DNA of 23,445 nt. Origin: Prasinococcaceae sp. CCMP 1430. Taxonomy: Eukaryota; Plantae; Prasinodermophyta. The stretch covers positions 1 to 23,445 of the forward strand of contig RQSC01000070.1 of NCBI GenBank assembly GCA_013416795.1, read 5' to 3'. The notes below the pieces were generated by a model. That model had not been told where the DNA came from, searched no databases, and saw only the letters and a list, made by a program, of their open reading frames with translations. Within the stretch, counting starts at the first letter, position 1. Every line of letters begins with the position of its first letter. The position numbers and the translations under genes were made by a program. Shown here one piece after another: positions 1 to 9,700 of the stretch.

Positions 1-132
1 GGGGCGGAGCGGGGCCGCCCGCCGCCACGCCGCTCGCGCGCGCTCTGCCGCAGCGCCGCGACGCGACAAAGCCGCTCTCGCTTCTGCATTCTGCATACCG
101 ATCGTACGTTACACGTTGGCGCATGCGGTTTG

Positions 133-3120
133 ATGGCCATCCCGTCCCCGCCGGTTGGGCGCGATTCGAAACAAAGCGAACGATCGCGCGCAGCGCGCCG
201 CCAACACCCGCCCGCGGCGACAGGCTGTGCTGTGCGCGCGCAGCGCACGGCGGGGCACACGGCGCGCGGCAGCCGCACGTCGGACAGCAGCCATGGTACC
301 CGTGATGGCGATCCGGCCCGCGGGTGGGCGGCGGGCGGGGCCGTCGAGGCACGGGGCGGAGCGAAGGGGGAGAGGAAAACGGACGGCGCGGATTCCGCCG
401 CCGCAGCAGCGATGCCGGCCGATGCGGCCGCCCGGCGCGCACCACCAAGCAAGATAAGGCCGCCCGCCGCGAGCGTCAAGCCACCCGCCGGCGCGGCGGG
501 CGAGGCGGGTGCAGACAGCGGTGACGCAGGGCACGGATTCGATGGGACGTCCGCGGCCGCCGTGCCGACGGCCATGCCGTTGCGCCGCGGACGGGCTTAC
601 GCACCTCCACCCGCGCTGCCGCTGCCGCTCGCAGGCCATTGCCAGGAGCCGCCTTCTTCGCTCACGAGGCACCCGCACACGCCGGCGACGGCTATCTCCA
701 CGGCGGTCTCGCGGCCGGCGTCCGCTCGTGGGGGCAACCGAGCGGACACGTCGCGCGAGCAACACGTGCGCGTTGTGGTGCGCGTGCGCCCTCACACGGC
801 GGCGCAGGACGCACCGCGGTGCGTTCGCGTGTGCGAAAATGGCACAATCACAGCAGTGACGCCCCCGACATCCTCCAACACTTCGAACACCGCGTTTGCA
901 TTCGATGCCGTGCTCGGAGAGGCTGCGACGCAGGCGGACACCTATGAAGTTGTCGCAGGGGACCTGGTGAAGCACGTGTGCAAGGGCTACAATGCGTGCG
1001 TGCTTGCATATGGGCAGACGGGCAGTGGGAAAACTCACACTATTTTGGGCGCCGATGGGGACGTCCAAGGTCTCGGCGTTGGGCCCCGCGCCCTGCATGC
1101 GCTCTTCCGCAGGCTCGAGGACGAGGAGCGCGTGGCATCGCTGAAGGTCTCGTTTGCTGAGGTGTACAATGAAGCCATCGGCGACCTTTTGGCCGAAACC
1201 GACCCGCTCGATAGAAGCGCCGGCGCCACCGGCCCCGGGGGCGCCTTCTCGCCTGGGGCGAGTGGCGGCCTCACGAGCTCTGGCGGCGGACTTCCCCTGC
1301 GCGAGGGCAAGGTGGGAGCCTACGTCGAGGGGCTCACATGGGTACCTGTGACATCGTATGGAGAGGCTCTGGAGGTGCTCGAGCAGGGCGCGGTGGAAAG
1401 GCGTGTGTCAGCAACGGAGATGAATGAGCAATCGAGCCGAAGCCACGCCGTCTTCACGCTCGAACTCAACCAGAAGGCTACGACGGACAGCCCAGCACTG
1501 TCCTCGCGTCTGCGCATAGTTGACTTGGCGGGGTCGGAGAGGCAGCGCACGGCAGGGACACGCGGCGAGAGCCTCAAGGAAACCTGCGGCATCAACTTGT
1601 CTCTGAGCTGCCTGGGCAATGTCATTCGAGGGCTGGCGCAGCACGCGCAGCAGCCGCAGCTGCCACAACCCCACATCCACTATCGAGACAGCAAGCTCAC
1701 ATTTTTGCTCAAGGATTCGCTCGGGGGCAATGCGTACACAGCGGTGTGCGCCACGGTCAGCTCGGCCATGGAGAATGCCGCCGAGACGATCAGCACGCTG
1801 CAATTCGCATCTCGATGCAAGCTCGTGCGCACTCGCGCTGTCGTGAACGAGGATCTCGAAGATGTCGAGGCGCTCAAGGCGGAGATCGCGAGACTCAGGA
1901 GGCAACTGAGCGACAGGCAGATCCCTGCGTCGAATCCCCTGGAGCCCACGCGTGTTTCTGATGCGACGCCGTCGATGGACGGGGAAGCGGCTGTCCGTGA
2001 AGGACCGGAGGATGTTCAAGGGGAGGGTGCATTGTCTGAGTCTGCCGACCAGTCGCCATCCGCGCCAACTGTAGGCGAGGCCTCTCTGGTGGAGGCGTCT
2101 CTTTCTGCTGCGCTCGCGGGCGCACTGCGACGGGAGCGAGGTCTCGAGCGCCACATGGCTGCTCTCGGCGACAAGATTGGCGCCCTTGAAGCTGAGCAGG
2201 ACGATCAGTCGGACGACGCCGGCCCCGAACAGGACTCACTGAAGCAGCAGCTGCTCCGCTTGCGAGCCGAGAACGCCCGCCTCTCGCAGCTCCTGGAGCC
2301 TGCCGCAGCTGAGGAGATCAGCGCCCTGCGAGCTGACGTGCGCGTGCTGCGGGACGAGGTCCTGGTCGCGCTCGCTACACGTGACGAGCGTGGCGTCGAG
2401 GCATCGCTCGGGGAGGAATCCTCGACATCGCGCGATGACCTGGTTGAGGTTTCGAAGATGTCCACGCAGCTCGAGACGTTTCGAGGGCGTGTGCAGGAGC
2501 TGGAGGAGGAGATCGCGCGGGCTGGCGAGCGCGAGGAGGAGGCGCGCCTGACCGCCATGGACACGGTCGCCGCCGAGCTGGCGCGCGAGTCTGAGGCGGC
2601 GCGCGCCGCCCGCACGCGGGCAGAGGTGGCCGAGCGCCGCCTGGCTGCACGCGAGGAGGAGCTCGCTGCTGCAGCGGCGGCAGAGAGGCGCGAGCAGCGT
2701 GCCATGGACGCCCGCACCGCACCGACGGCGGGCGCGGACGAGAGCTGCAGGGGCGCGAAAAGCGAGGCCACCGCGGAAGCGTGTCCGCCGTCCGCCGTCG
2801 GCGCCGTCGGCACCGCCACCGCCGACGGCGCTGGCGGTGCGGGCGCTCCTACCCCTGGGTTGAACTCGTTGGACGACAGCCTCGACGAGTCAATCTGCAT
2901 GCTCGCGGCGACCGTCGGTCCGGCTGGAGTGGCTGAGGCCATGAGCGACGCCATCGAGGCGCTGCGCGCCGAGCTCGCTGAGGAGCGCCATCGCGCGGAC
3001 GATGCGCAGGCGCGCTGTAGCGCCGCCGAGCGTCGCGCCGATGAGCTGGAGGCTGTGCTCCACGACAGCGAGGTCCTGCGCCAAGCCAAAGAGGCGAGGA
3101 GCCCGGGATGGGCGTGGTGA
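133..3120 (+). CDS. Kinesin motor protein, kinesin-12 (KIF15/PAKRP)-like, with N-terminal low-complexity extension and C-terminal coiled coil
   Basis: Motor motifs are intact: VRVVVRVRP (~763), P-loop GQTGSGKT (1012-1035), switch I NEQSSRSHAVF, switch II DLAGSER, and HYRDSKLTFLLKDSLGGN. Neck RCKLVRTRAVVNED and INLSLSCLGNVI resemble the kinesin-12 family. An E/A/R-rich coiled coil follows. The start could be ATG 133 or the in-frame ATG at 412. Confidence 0.9.
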   Translation: MAIPSPPVGRDSKQSERSRAARRQHPPAATGCAVRAQRTAGHTARGSRTSDSSHGTRDGDPARGWAAGGAVEARGGAKGERKTDGADSAAAAAMPADAAARRAPPSKIRPPAASVKPPAGAAGEAGADSGDAGHGFDGTSAAAVPTAMPLRRGRAYAPPPALPLPLAGHCQEPPSSLTRHPHTPATAISTAVSRPASARGGNRADTSREQHVRVVVRVRPHTAAQDAPRCVRVCENGTITAVTPPTSSNTSNTAFAFDAVLGEAATQADTYEVVAGDLVKHVCKGYNACVLAYGQTGSGKTHTILGADGDVQGLGVGPRALHALFRRLEDEERVASLKVSFAEVYNEAIGDLLAETDPLDRSAGATGPGGAFSPGASGGLTSSGGGLPLREGKVGAYVEGLTWVPVTSYGEALEVLEQGAVERRVSATEMNEQSSRSHAVFTLELNQKATTDSPALSSRLRIVDLAGSERQRTAGTRGESLKETCGINLSLSCLGNVIRGLAQHAQQPQLPQPHIHYRDSKLTFLLKDSLGGNAYTAVCATVSSAMENAAETISTLQFASRCKLVRTRAVVNEDLEDVEALKAEIARLRRQLSDRQIPASNPLEPTRVSDATPSMDGEAAVREGPEDVQGEGALSESADQSPSAPTVGEASLVEASLSAALAGALRRERGLERHMAALGDKIGALEAEQDDQSDDAGPEQDSLKQQLLRLRAENARLSQLLEPAAAEEISALRADVRVLRDEVLVALATRDERGVEASLGEESSTSRDDLVEVSKMSTQLETFRGRVQELEEEIARAGEREEEARLTAMDTVAAELARESEAARAARTRAEVAERRLAAREEELAAAAAAERREQRAMDARTAPTAGADESCRGAKSEATAEACPPSAVGAVGTATADGAGGAGAPTPGLNSLDDSLDESICMLAATVGPAGVAEAMSDAIEALRAELAEERHRADDAQARCSAAERRADELEAVLHDSEVLRQAKEARSPGWAW

Positions 3121-3376
3121 GCTCTCTGACACCACCATAACAGCAGGCCGGCGGCGGCCGCTGATATCACTAAGGAAGGATGGTGCGCTCACCACTGCAT
3201 GCCATAATGGCTTTTGAGCGCACCGAATAATATATCGTTAATGTTGCGGACATGGCAAGGCATAGAAAGCAACGGGTGCAGCTGAGTCAGCCGCCTTTAA
3301 CGAGAGCTGTCCTTGGCGGGCGGAGTCTCTGCCGCGCGCGCGTGCACCGGCACGCGGCACGCAAGGCTCTGAGGTC

Positions 3377-4813
3377 TCATCGCTCGTGGCTCTTATTTTC
3401 CGTGCCATGTTTTTCGTCCGCGCCAAACACCGCGCGCTTCGCCTGCGCCCAAAGAAGCATGAGAGTCACGAGCCCCTGCAAGCAGAGCATCCACAGCGCG
3501 AACACGGTGACGATGCCGCGCTGGCTGAGCATGCGCCGCCCCGCACGGTCCACGCGTCGCGCCATGCGCATGGCCTGCGCGACCTTGCCCTTGTCCTTGC
3601 CGTTGTCATCGTCGTAATCGAGCTCCGCGTCGTCGGCGTCATCGGCGGTCCCGCGCCTTGCGGCAAGCGCCGCCATCGCGTCGCCACTCGAAGCGATCTC
3701 TCGCCGCCGCGCCGTCACCCGCTCGAGCTGGTTGCGAAGGGTGGCTCGCTCCTCGCCAATCGCGGTCACGCGCGCCTCTTTCGCTGCGAGCTCCTCAGTG
3801 AGGGCTACCACTCGGCGCTCCAGGGCGGCCTCGCGCTCTGCGGGTGTTCCTCGGTGCGCCTGCGCAGGTTTTCGGTGCAGAGGTTGGCGCGCGGCCGCGG
3901 CAGCAGTTGCCGTGCGTTCCGCGTCGATGCGTTCCGCTCGCGCGCGCAATTCTTCCGCCTCCGCCTCCAGCTGCTCAGCCTCGGCCTCGGCCGCTGCGAC
4001 CGCGCTCGCGGTGCCCACTTGTTCCCCCGACTCGAGGAATTTGGCCTCAATCTCATCGGCCTCGCGCTCTGCCGCGACCGCCACTCCCTCTTCTGCGATG
4101 GCCGCGCGCTCCGAGTCCGCGGCTGCACGTAGGCGCTCGCTCGCCACGGCGCGCGCCTCGTCCATCGCTCGCCGATAGGCAGCCGCCTCCGCCTCTGCCC
4201 TCTCACGGATGGCGTCCGCCTCGCCGGCGGCCTCTCGTGCGTCGCGCGCAGCCACACCTCGCTCGCCTGCGCCGCGCGCGCTCTCCTCGCGCACCTGCTG
4301 CAGCTCGGCCGCGTAGAGCTCCTCGGCGAGAGCCGCTGACTGCGCCTGCTCCTCTGCCGCGGCCTCCAGCGCGGCCGCGCGCGCCCACTGCTCGCGCACC
4401 TGCGCCAGGCATTTCTCGAATTCCTGCTGCAGCTCTTGCCGCGGCCACGCACCAGAGAGCCCCCCCGCAGCGTCCAGAGCCGCCACGGACTTTCGCAGCG
4501 CGGCGAGGGCGGGATCTGACAAGCTGCTGGGATCCTCAGCGCCAGTGCCGTCGAGCGCAGTGCGCGCAAGCGGGCCGAGCGCCACTGGCGCCTCGGCGGT
4601 GCGCGGCACGCCCCCGAGGTGGACCTCGACGTCCCCTGCGGCAGAGCTGTCCCTTGGCTGCGGCTGGTGCTCGGTGCCCGTGGCGCCCCCGTCGTGCACA
4701 ACCTCTCGTGCGGCGTCGAGCACGGCGAGCGGCGTCTCGCCGTCCGCGGCCTTCTGCGCGGCCTTGGCGTCGATGCTCTCGAGCCAGCTTCCCACGGCGC
4801 GGAACGCCGACAT
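3377..4813 (-). CDS. Golgin-84 (golgin A5 / plant GC1-GC2)-like tail-anchored coiled-coil protein
   Basis: N-terminal WLESIDAKAA resembles the golgin-84 N-terminal motif. A long coiled coil includes ERRVVALTEELAAKEARVTAIGEERATLRNQLERV, similar to the conserved golgin-84 segment. There is a single C-terminal hydrophobic helix (IVTVFALWMLCLQGLVTLMLLW). ATG context is cgcgcgATG. Confidence 0.7.
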   Translation of the reverse strand: MSAFRAVGSWLESIDAKAAQKAADGETPLAVLDAAREVVHDGGATGTEHQPQPRDSSAAGDVEVHLGGVPRTAEAPVALGPLARTALDGTGAEDPSSLSDPALAALRKSVAALDAAGGLSGAWPRQELQQEFEKCLAQVREQWARAAALEAAAEEQAQSAALAEELYAAELQQVREESARGAGERGVAARDAREAAGEADAIRERAEAEAAAYRRAMDEARAVASERLRAAADSERAAIAEEGVAVAAEREADEIEAKFLESGEQVGTASAVAAAEAEAEQLEAEAEELRARAERIDAERTATAAAAARQPLHRKPAQAHRGTPAEREAALERRVVALTEELAAKEARVTAIGEERATLRNQLERVTARRREIASSGDAMAALAARRGTADDADDAELDYDDDNGKDKGKVAQAMRMARRVDRAGRRMLSQRGIVTVFALWMLCLQGLVTLMLLWAQAKRAVFGADEKHGTENKSHER

Positions 4814-5023
4814 CGCGCGTGCGCGCGCCTCTCAACAACCCCTCCCCCCTTCTACGCCCAGGGCGCGTCCCTGCCGCACCCGCGCCGCCGCGCACCGCGG
4901 CACGCGCGCGCCTTGTGGCAACCCCCTCCGGTCGCTCCCCCCCCCCCCCACACCTGAGCAACACCCGCCCCGTCCAGCTGCTGCGCGCGCTGCGGGCGGC
5001 CTCGAATTTGGTCCGCCCCTCAG

Positions 5024-5060
5024 GTTTAGGTTTTAGTGAGTTAGGGTTTATCTTTAGGGT
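5024..5060. promoter_or_regulatory. Cluster of degenerate TTTAGGG (telo-box-like) units between the divergent golgin and dihydroorotase genes
   Basis: GTTTAGG-TTTTAGTG-AGTTAGGG-TTTATC-TTTAGGGT. On the minus strand it contains an exact AAACCCTAA. It is an AT-rich island in ~70% GC DNA. Confidence 0.55.
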
Positions 5061-5175
5061 CACACCCAGGTGAGGTTGCGGTTCTGTGTCAGGATTTGAA
5101 GACGAGGTACGCGTGGCTTTCAGGGTTCGGTTTCGACCGAAGTATTCAAATCGCTCGTGTGTGTGCGTTCATCAA

Positions 5176-6683
5176 ATGCGGCGGTAAACCTCAAAGGAGC
5201 CGCCGTCGCGCGGCCGGCCGGCGGCTGGGGCGGGCTCGGGGGACTGAGAGGAGGGGTGGGAGGCCCGCGCGCCGCACCGCCGCGCGCGCCGCCGACGCCA
5301 GCCTCACGCTACGCGCTCCCGATGACTGGCACCTGCACGTCCGCGACGGCGCGGGGCTGGCGTCGGTGGTGCCGCACTCGGCCTCCAATTTTCGCCGCGC
5401 CGTCATCATGCCAAACCTCACACCGCCGGTGACGACCATCGAGATGGCCGCCGCGTACCGCGCGCGCATCGAGGCGGCGGTGCCCGCCGACGTGAGCTTC
5501 GAGCCGCGTATGGCGCTCTACCTCACCGACAACACGACTGCGGAGGACGTCGCCGAGGCGCATGAAGCAGGCATCGTGCACGGGTACAAGCTCTACCCCG
5601 CGGGGGCGACCACAAACTCAGACGCGGGCGTCACCGACCTCGCAAACTGTGCGGATGCGCTCAAGGCCATGGAGGCGCTCGGCGTGCCGCTCATGGTGCA
5701 CGGCGAGGTGACGCACTCGCACGTGGACATTTTCGACCGCGAGGCGAAGTTCCTGCAGGAGGTGCTCGCGCCGCTGCTCGAGGCGCATCCAGGCCTCAAG
5801 CTAGGTACGATGATATCGCACGGCGGTGCCGCACGCGCGCGCGTTGCCGTGGTCTGGTCTGACGCGCGCTTGGGACGCGCCTTTGCTCCACCCGCGCGAG
5901 CGCAGTCGTGGAACACTGCACCACTGCGGAGGCTGCAGCCTTCGTCAGCTCGGCTGGTGAGAACGTCGGAGCGACCGTCACCCCGCAGCACCTGCTGCTA
6001 AACAGGAACGCGCTATTGGTCGGCGGGATGCGGCCGCACAACTTTTGCCTCCCGGTGCGTGAGAATCGCGCAGCGCGATTGTTCAATATGTGCTGGTTCT
6101 CGGCGCCGACCCGTCCCGAACGATCACGTGCGCTGACATCAACGGGCTCTGGGCGCGTGCCATGTGCCATCCCCCTTCCCCTCCAGGTTTTGAAGCGCGA
6201 GACGCACCGGCAGGCGCTCGTTGATGCGGTGACCTCGAGCGCCGTCGGCCACAAGTTCTTCCTCGGCACGGACTCCGCACCCCACCCAAAGGGCGCGAAG
6301 GAGGTGCGACACGCGATGCGCGATGTCGACGCGCCAGGCACAAGTACTGCGATCGCCCAGCGCTTGCGTACCTGTACACTGACATTGGTCGCGCGCGCAC
6401 GCCTACGTACGCGCAGTCGGCGTGCGGCTGTGCGGGGTGCTTTTCCGCGTACGCCGCGCTTCCACTGTACGCGCACGCGTTCGAGGACGCGGGAGCGCTC
6501 GACAAGCTTGAGGGCTTCGCCTCGCTCAATGGCCCGCGCTTCTACGGCCTTGAGCCCAACGAAGACACTGTGACTCTCGTCAGGGAGAACTGGAGAGTGC
6601 CGGATGAGTACGAATTCGCTGACACGGTGGTGGTGCCTCTCAAGGCGGGGGAGACGCTGCGTTGGAAGCTCAGCGATCAATAA
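5176..6683 (+). CDS. pyrC: Dihydroorotase, homodimeric plant/E. coli type; join(5176..5183,5302..5804,5906..6054,6187..6303,6417..6683), 347 aa
   Basis: Motifs: [77 protein letters not shown]. Three internal introns restore contiguous motifs. The first 8-nt exon is inferred: it gives [13 protein letters not shown] and a total length matching the ~348-aa bacterial enzyme. The 5' end is less certain than the rest. Confidence 0.93.
5184..5301 (+). other. Putative intron 1 of dihydroorotase
   Basis: GTAAAC...ACTGAG...GCCAG, 118 nt. It joins the only nearby ATG (5176) in frame to [10 protein letters not shown]. Confidence 0.55.
5805..5905 (+). other. Spliceosomal intron, dihydroorotase
   Basis: GTACGA...CTGAC(5859)...CGCAG, 101 nt. 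Removal gives LKL-VVEHCTT. Confidence 0.9.
6055..6186 (+). other. Spliceosomal intron, dihydroorotase
   Basis: GTGCGT...CTGAC(6133)...pyrimidine tract-CCAG, 132 nt. Removal gives FCLP-VLKRE. Confidence 0.9.
6304..6416 (+). other. Spliceosomal intron, dihydroorotase
   Basis: GTGCGA...CTGAC(6379)...CGCAG, 113 nt. Removal gives AKE-SACGCAG. Confidence 0.92.
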
Positions 6684-6762
6684 TACGTGCATGTTGTCAC
6701 GCGAAGAGCGCGCACACGCTTTCAAGCGAGACTGCCAGCCGACTGTCTTGACATAGATTGTG

Positions 6763-6767
6763 TTACA
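6763..6767 (-). terminator. Possible green-algal polyadenylation signal TGTAA for AHI1
   Basis: TTACA on + reads TGTAA on -, 30 nt past the AHI1 stop. UGUAA is the known Chlamydomonas-type signal. It was not found after the other genes. Confidence 0.35.
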
Positions 6768-6797
6768 ACGGGTACTGCCGACGCTGCGAGGATCCCC

Positions 6798-9700
6798 TCA
6801 GTCGTCATAGCGCGCGCTCGCCCGCGCCGCCGCCTTGGCTTTCATTTCGTCCAGGCGAGCCATGATGCGCCCGGCAGCTCGACCGCCCTGCGAGGGCGCG
6901 ACGATGGTCCCGGCAGTCGTCCTCGAACCCGAGTCGTCCACGACTGGCGGTTGAGAGACTGAGCCGCTGGAAACGCCCGAGCCGCCCGCCTGCGATCCGC
7001 CGGCGCCCATCCCGCTGAAGGGAGGCCGTCGCGCAGCCAGCGCTCCGTCGCTGTTGCCGCCGCCGAAGCCTAGCGAGCTCGACGGGGCAGCTGCCGGCAG
7101 TGACGCAGAGGCAGGTGCGCTGGGCACCGCCTCGGCCTTCCGCGCTTCCAGCTTGGCGGACACTGCGCCCTTCGTGGGACGCAGGCGAGGGATGCTCGAG
7201 CGCGAGCTAGGCCGCGCCGAAAATGCAGAGGACTGTGGCGGCATCGGCTGGACTTCCGGGTCGGGCACCGGCGCTGTGCTTTTTCCCATCCCTCGTTCGT
7301 CCTCCCGCACCTTGGCGAGCATCGAGCGCACCATCGCAGGCGTGAGTTTGTCCGGAAGGTGGAGCCTCTTGCGCTGCTTGGGCGGCGCCGCGGGTAGATG
7401 GAGGGGAAGCAGCGCTGGGCGCGGACCTCCACGCTTGAAGCGAGCTTCCGAGTCGAGCAGCGATTGCGCCGCCTCGGCAATCTGGGGCGACCAATCGTGC
7501 ACCTCAGGCTCTACAGCCGAACCAAAGGCGCCCACGGCGATGGCATGCTCTGTCGGTGACCAGCACAACGAGTCCAGGGGCTGCCCCTTGAGGTCGATTC
7601 CAAACAGCGTGGCGGATTCGCCACTGGTCCAGCTCCAGATGATGCAGCGACCGTCTTCCGAACCAGCCAGTAGCCACGCCCCGTCGGGGCTGATTGAGAG
7701 CGCCTGCGTGGCTGCCGGGCGGTGCGACGAGCACTGCACACCCCAGAAAGGTCTCCCCCCCTCCATCGTGGTCAGGTTGATGGTCACCAGTGCTGACGCA
7801 TGTGATAGCGCAGCCATCTCCTCGCCGTTGGGGTGCATCGCGAGCGCCGCGATGGGCGCCCCACCGAGACCTGCAAAGGTGCGCAGCAGTGTGAGCTGCG
7901 ATGCCCTGCCTCCCGCCTCGACGCCGCCACCGACGTCAATGCCCACCTCGCGGATGTGCCCATCCGCGCAGCCAAGGTACGCGCGCGATCCGGAGGGAGT
8001 CATTGCAAGCGCGTTGCCGTACGCATCAGTCCCAACGCCGAGCTGCAAGTCGGCGACGACGCTCGCCATGCCCGTCGTGGTGGCATCCCATAGGCGCAGC
8101 GCGCCGTCGTAGCAGGAAGTCAGCACGTGGCGGCCGTCCTCGAGGTTGCTTCCAGCAGACGCCTCGTCCACCCATGCCGCCGCGTACACAAAGCCCGCGT
8201 GCTGCATGACCGCACGCGCGGAGCCACGGCCGCGCAGCACCTCCACAGGGCCGACGCCACCCTCCGGAGCCATTGCCACGTTCCAAACCTTCGCTGTGAA
8301 GTCTGAGCTCGCACTGATCAGCTCGGTTCCCGTCTTGCTCCAACGCATGTCGTACACCATGTCGTAGTGCGGCTCAAGCGTCGCCTCCAGCTTCAACGTC
8401 GCCGTGGAGTAGAGGCGGATGGAGAAGCTTGTGTCTGCGTCGCCGATGGCCGCAGCGATGACGCTGCCGTCGGGCGAGAACGCCAAGGCCGATGCGCCCG
8501 TCAGCCCTGAGTCGAGGAAGCCCGCGCGGCGGTTGGGCACCTGGCACGGCTCCCCGAGGCCGCGGCGGAGGTGTACGCGGGGGTCGATCTTTGGTTCGCT
8601 GCCGGCCACCTCGGCAAGCTCCATGCCTTCCTCCTCTGCCGTTTTGCGCGGCGCCGGAAGTCGCCCGCCAGCCAGAAGCTGCTCAACGGTGAGACGGCCC
8701 TGCTCCTCTTGAAACGGCCACATCGCGCGGTCAACCCTGGCGCGCCCCGATGGCCTAGGCATCGCCGTCAGCCTGATTCGCAGGACGCCGGGGTACGCCT
8801 CCGCGACGGCGGGCGCGCATACGCAGGAGAAGAGCCCGTTGCTTTTGGGCGGGACGTTCTCGTCGGAGGGCATAAAGTCCTTGTGGGCAGCGTTGCAGTA
8901 CGCACGGTACTCGTCGTACACTCCCGGGGGCTTGCTTGTCGAGCCGACTGCCTTGTACGAAGCCGAGCGCGTCCACTCCCGCAGCTTGATGTTGACGTCG
9001 CCGTGCTTCTTGACGCCGCCCTTCGGCCGCAGCCGCAGGAAGCCCCACGCGACTGGGTACGCGCCGTCCCTGCTGCGGAAGGCGCCACGCATGTTACGAT
9101 ACGCGTCGTAGCTGCCAGCAGGTTGCAGCACTTCGAAGAGGGCGAGAGCGGAGCTGGTCGGCGAAAGCAGGTTGTCCCAGTCCTCGTCAATGACGAGCTC
9201 CTCGTTCCAGCGCGCGACCATCACGTCGCTGGTCACACCGGAGCTGTTCGGCTTGGTGTTGTCGCCTAGCACGTACGGGGAGGTCTGAAAGGGCTCGATG
9301 TGCGGGGGCGCATGGCGCGCAGTCACTGCTGTCCGCGAGGGATTCGACTTGCTGACATACGCGCCCGTTGCCGCATCCACCAGATGCACGCGCACCACCG
9401 GCGCCGTCACGAGCGCATCCGGCACAAGCGCATCAAGCTCGCGGATGATCAGGCTCACCATGCAGCCAGGATGCGGCGGCGCGTAGTCGGCGTCGCGGAC
9501 AGCTGCCAGCGAAGCGCCCGTGGCAACGCGCGGCGTGAAGAAGGATGGCCCGCCCTGCGCGACCTCACGCGCCGCACCGGCGGCCCCGATGGGTGCCATA
9601 GGAAGCGACGGCACTTTCGTGGGCGCGGCGGCCCCGCCCAGCCCGCGCTGCAGTTCAGAGGCCGCCGCGACGTACGCCGAGGGGCCCAAAGACTCGGGCG

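Noticed and set aside
3117-3146. Possible mini-intron (GTGAGC...CTGAC...CAG) extending the kinesin past its stop
   Set aside because: Only 27-30 nt, against 101-193 nt for the supported introns, and it would add few residues.
5024-5060. True telomere or interstitial telomeric array
   Set aside because: Only four degenerate units, embedded between two genes.
5096-5301. TTG-initiated Arg-rich N-terminal extension of dihydroorotase as a transit peptide
   Set aside because: No ATG in that frame. The spliced model gives a canonical start and the expected length.
5176-6683. Horizontal transfer of a bacterial pyrC
   Set aside because: This enzyme type is standard in green plants, and the gene has host-type introns.
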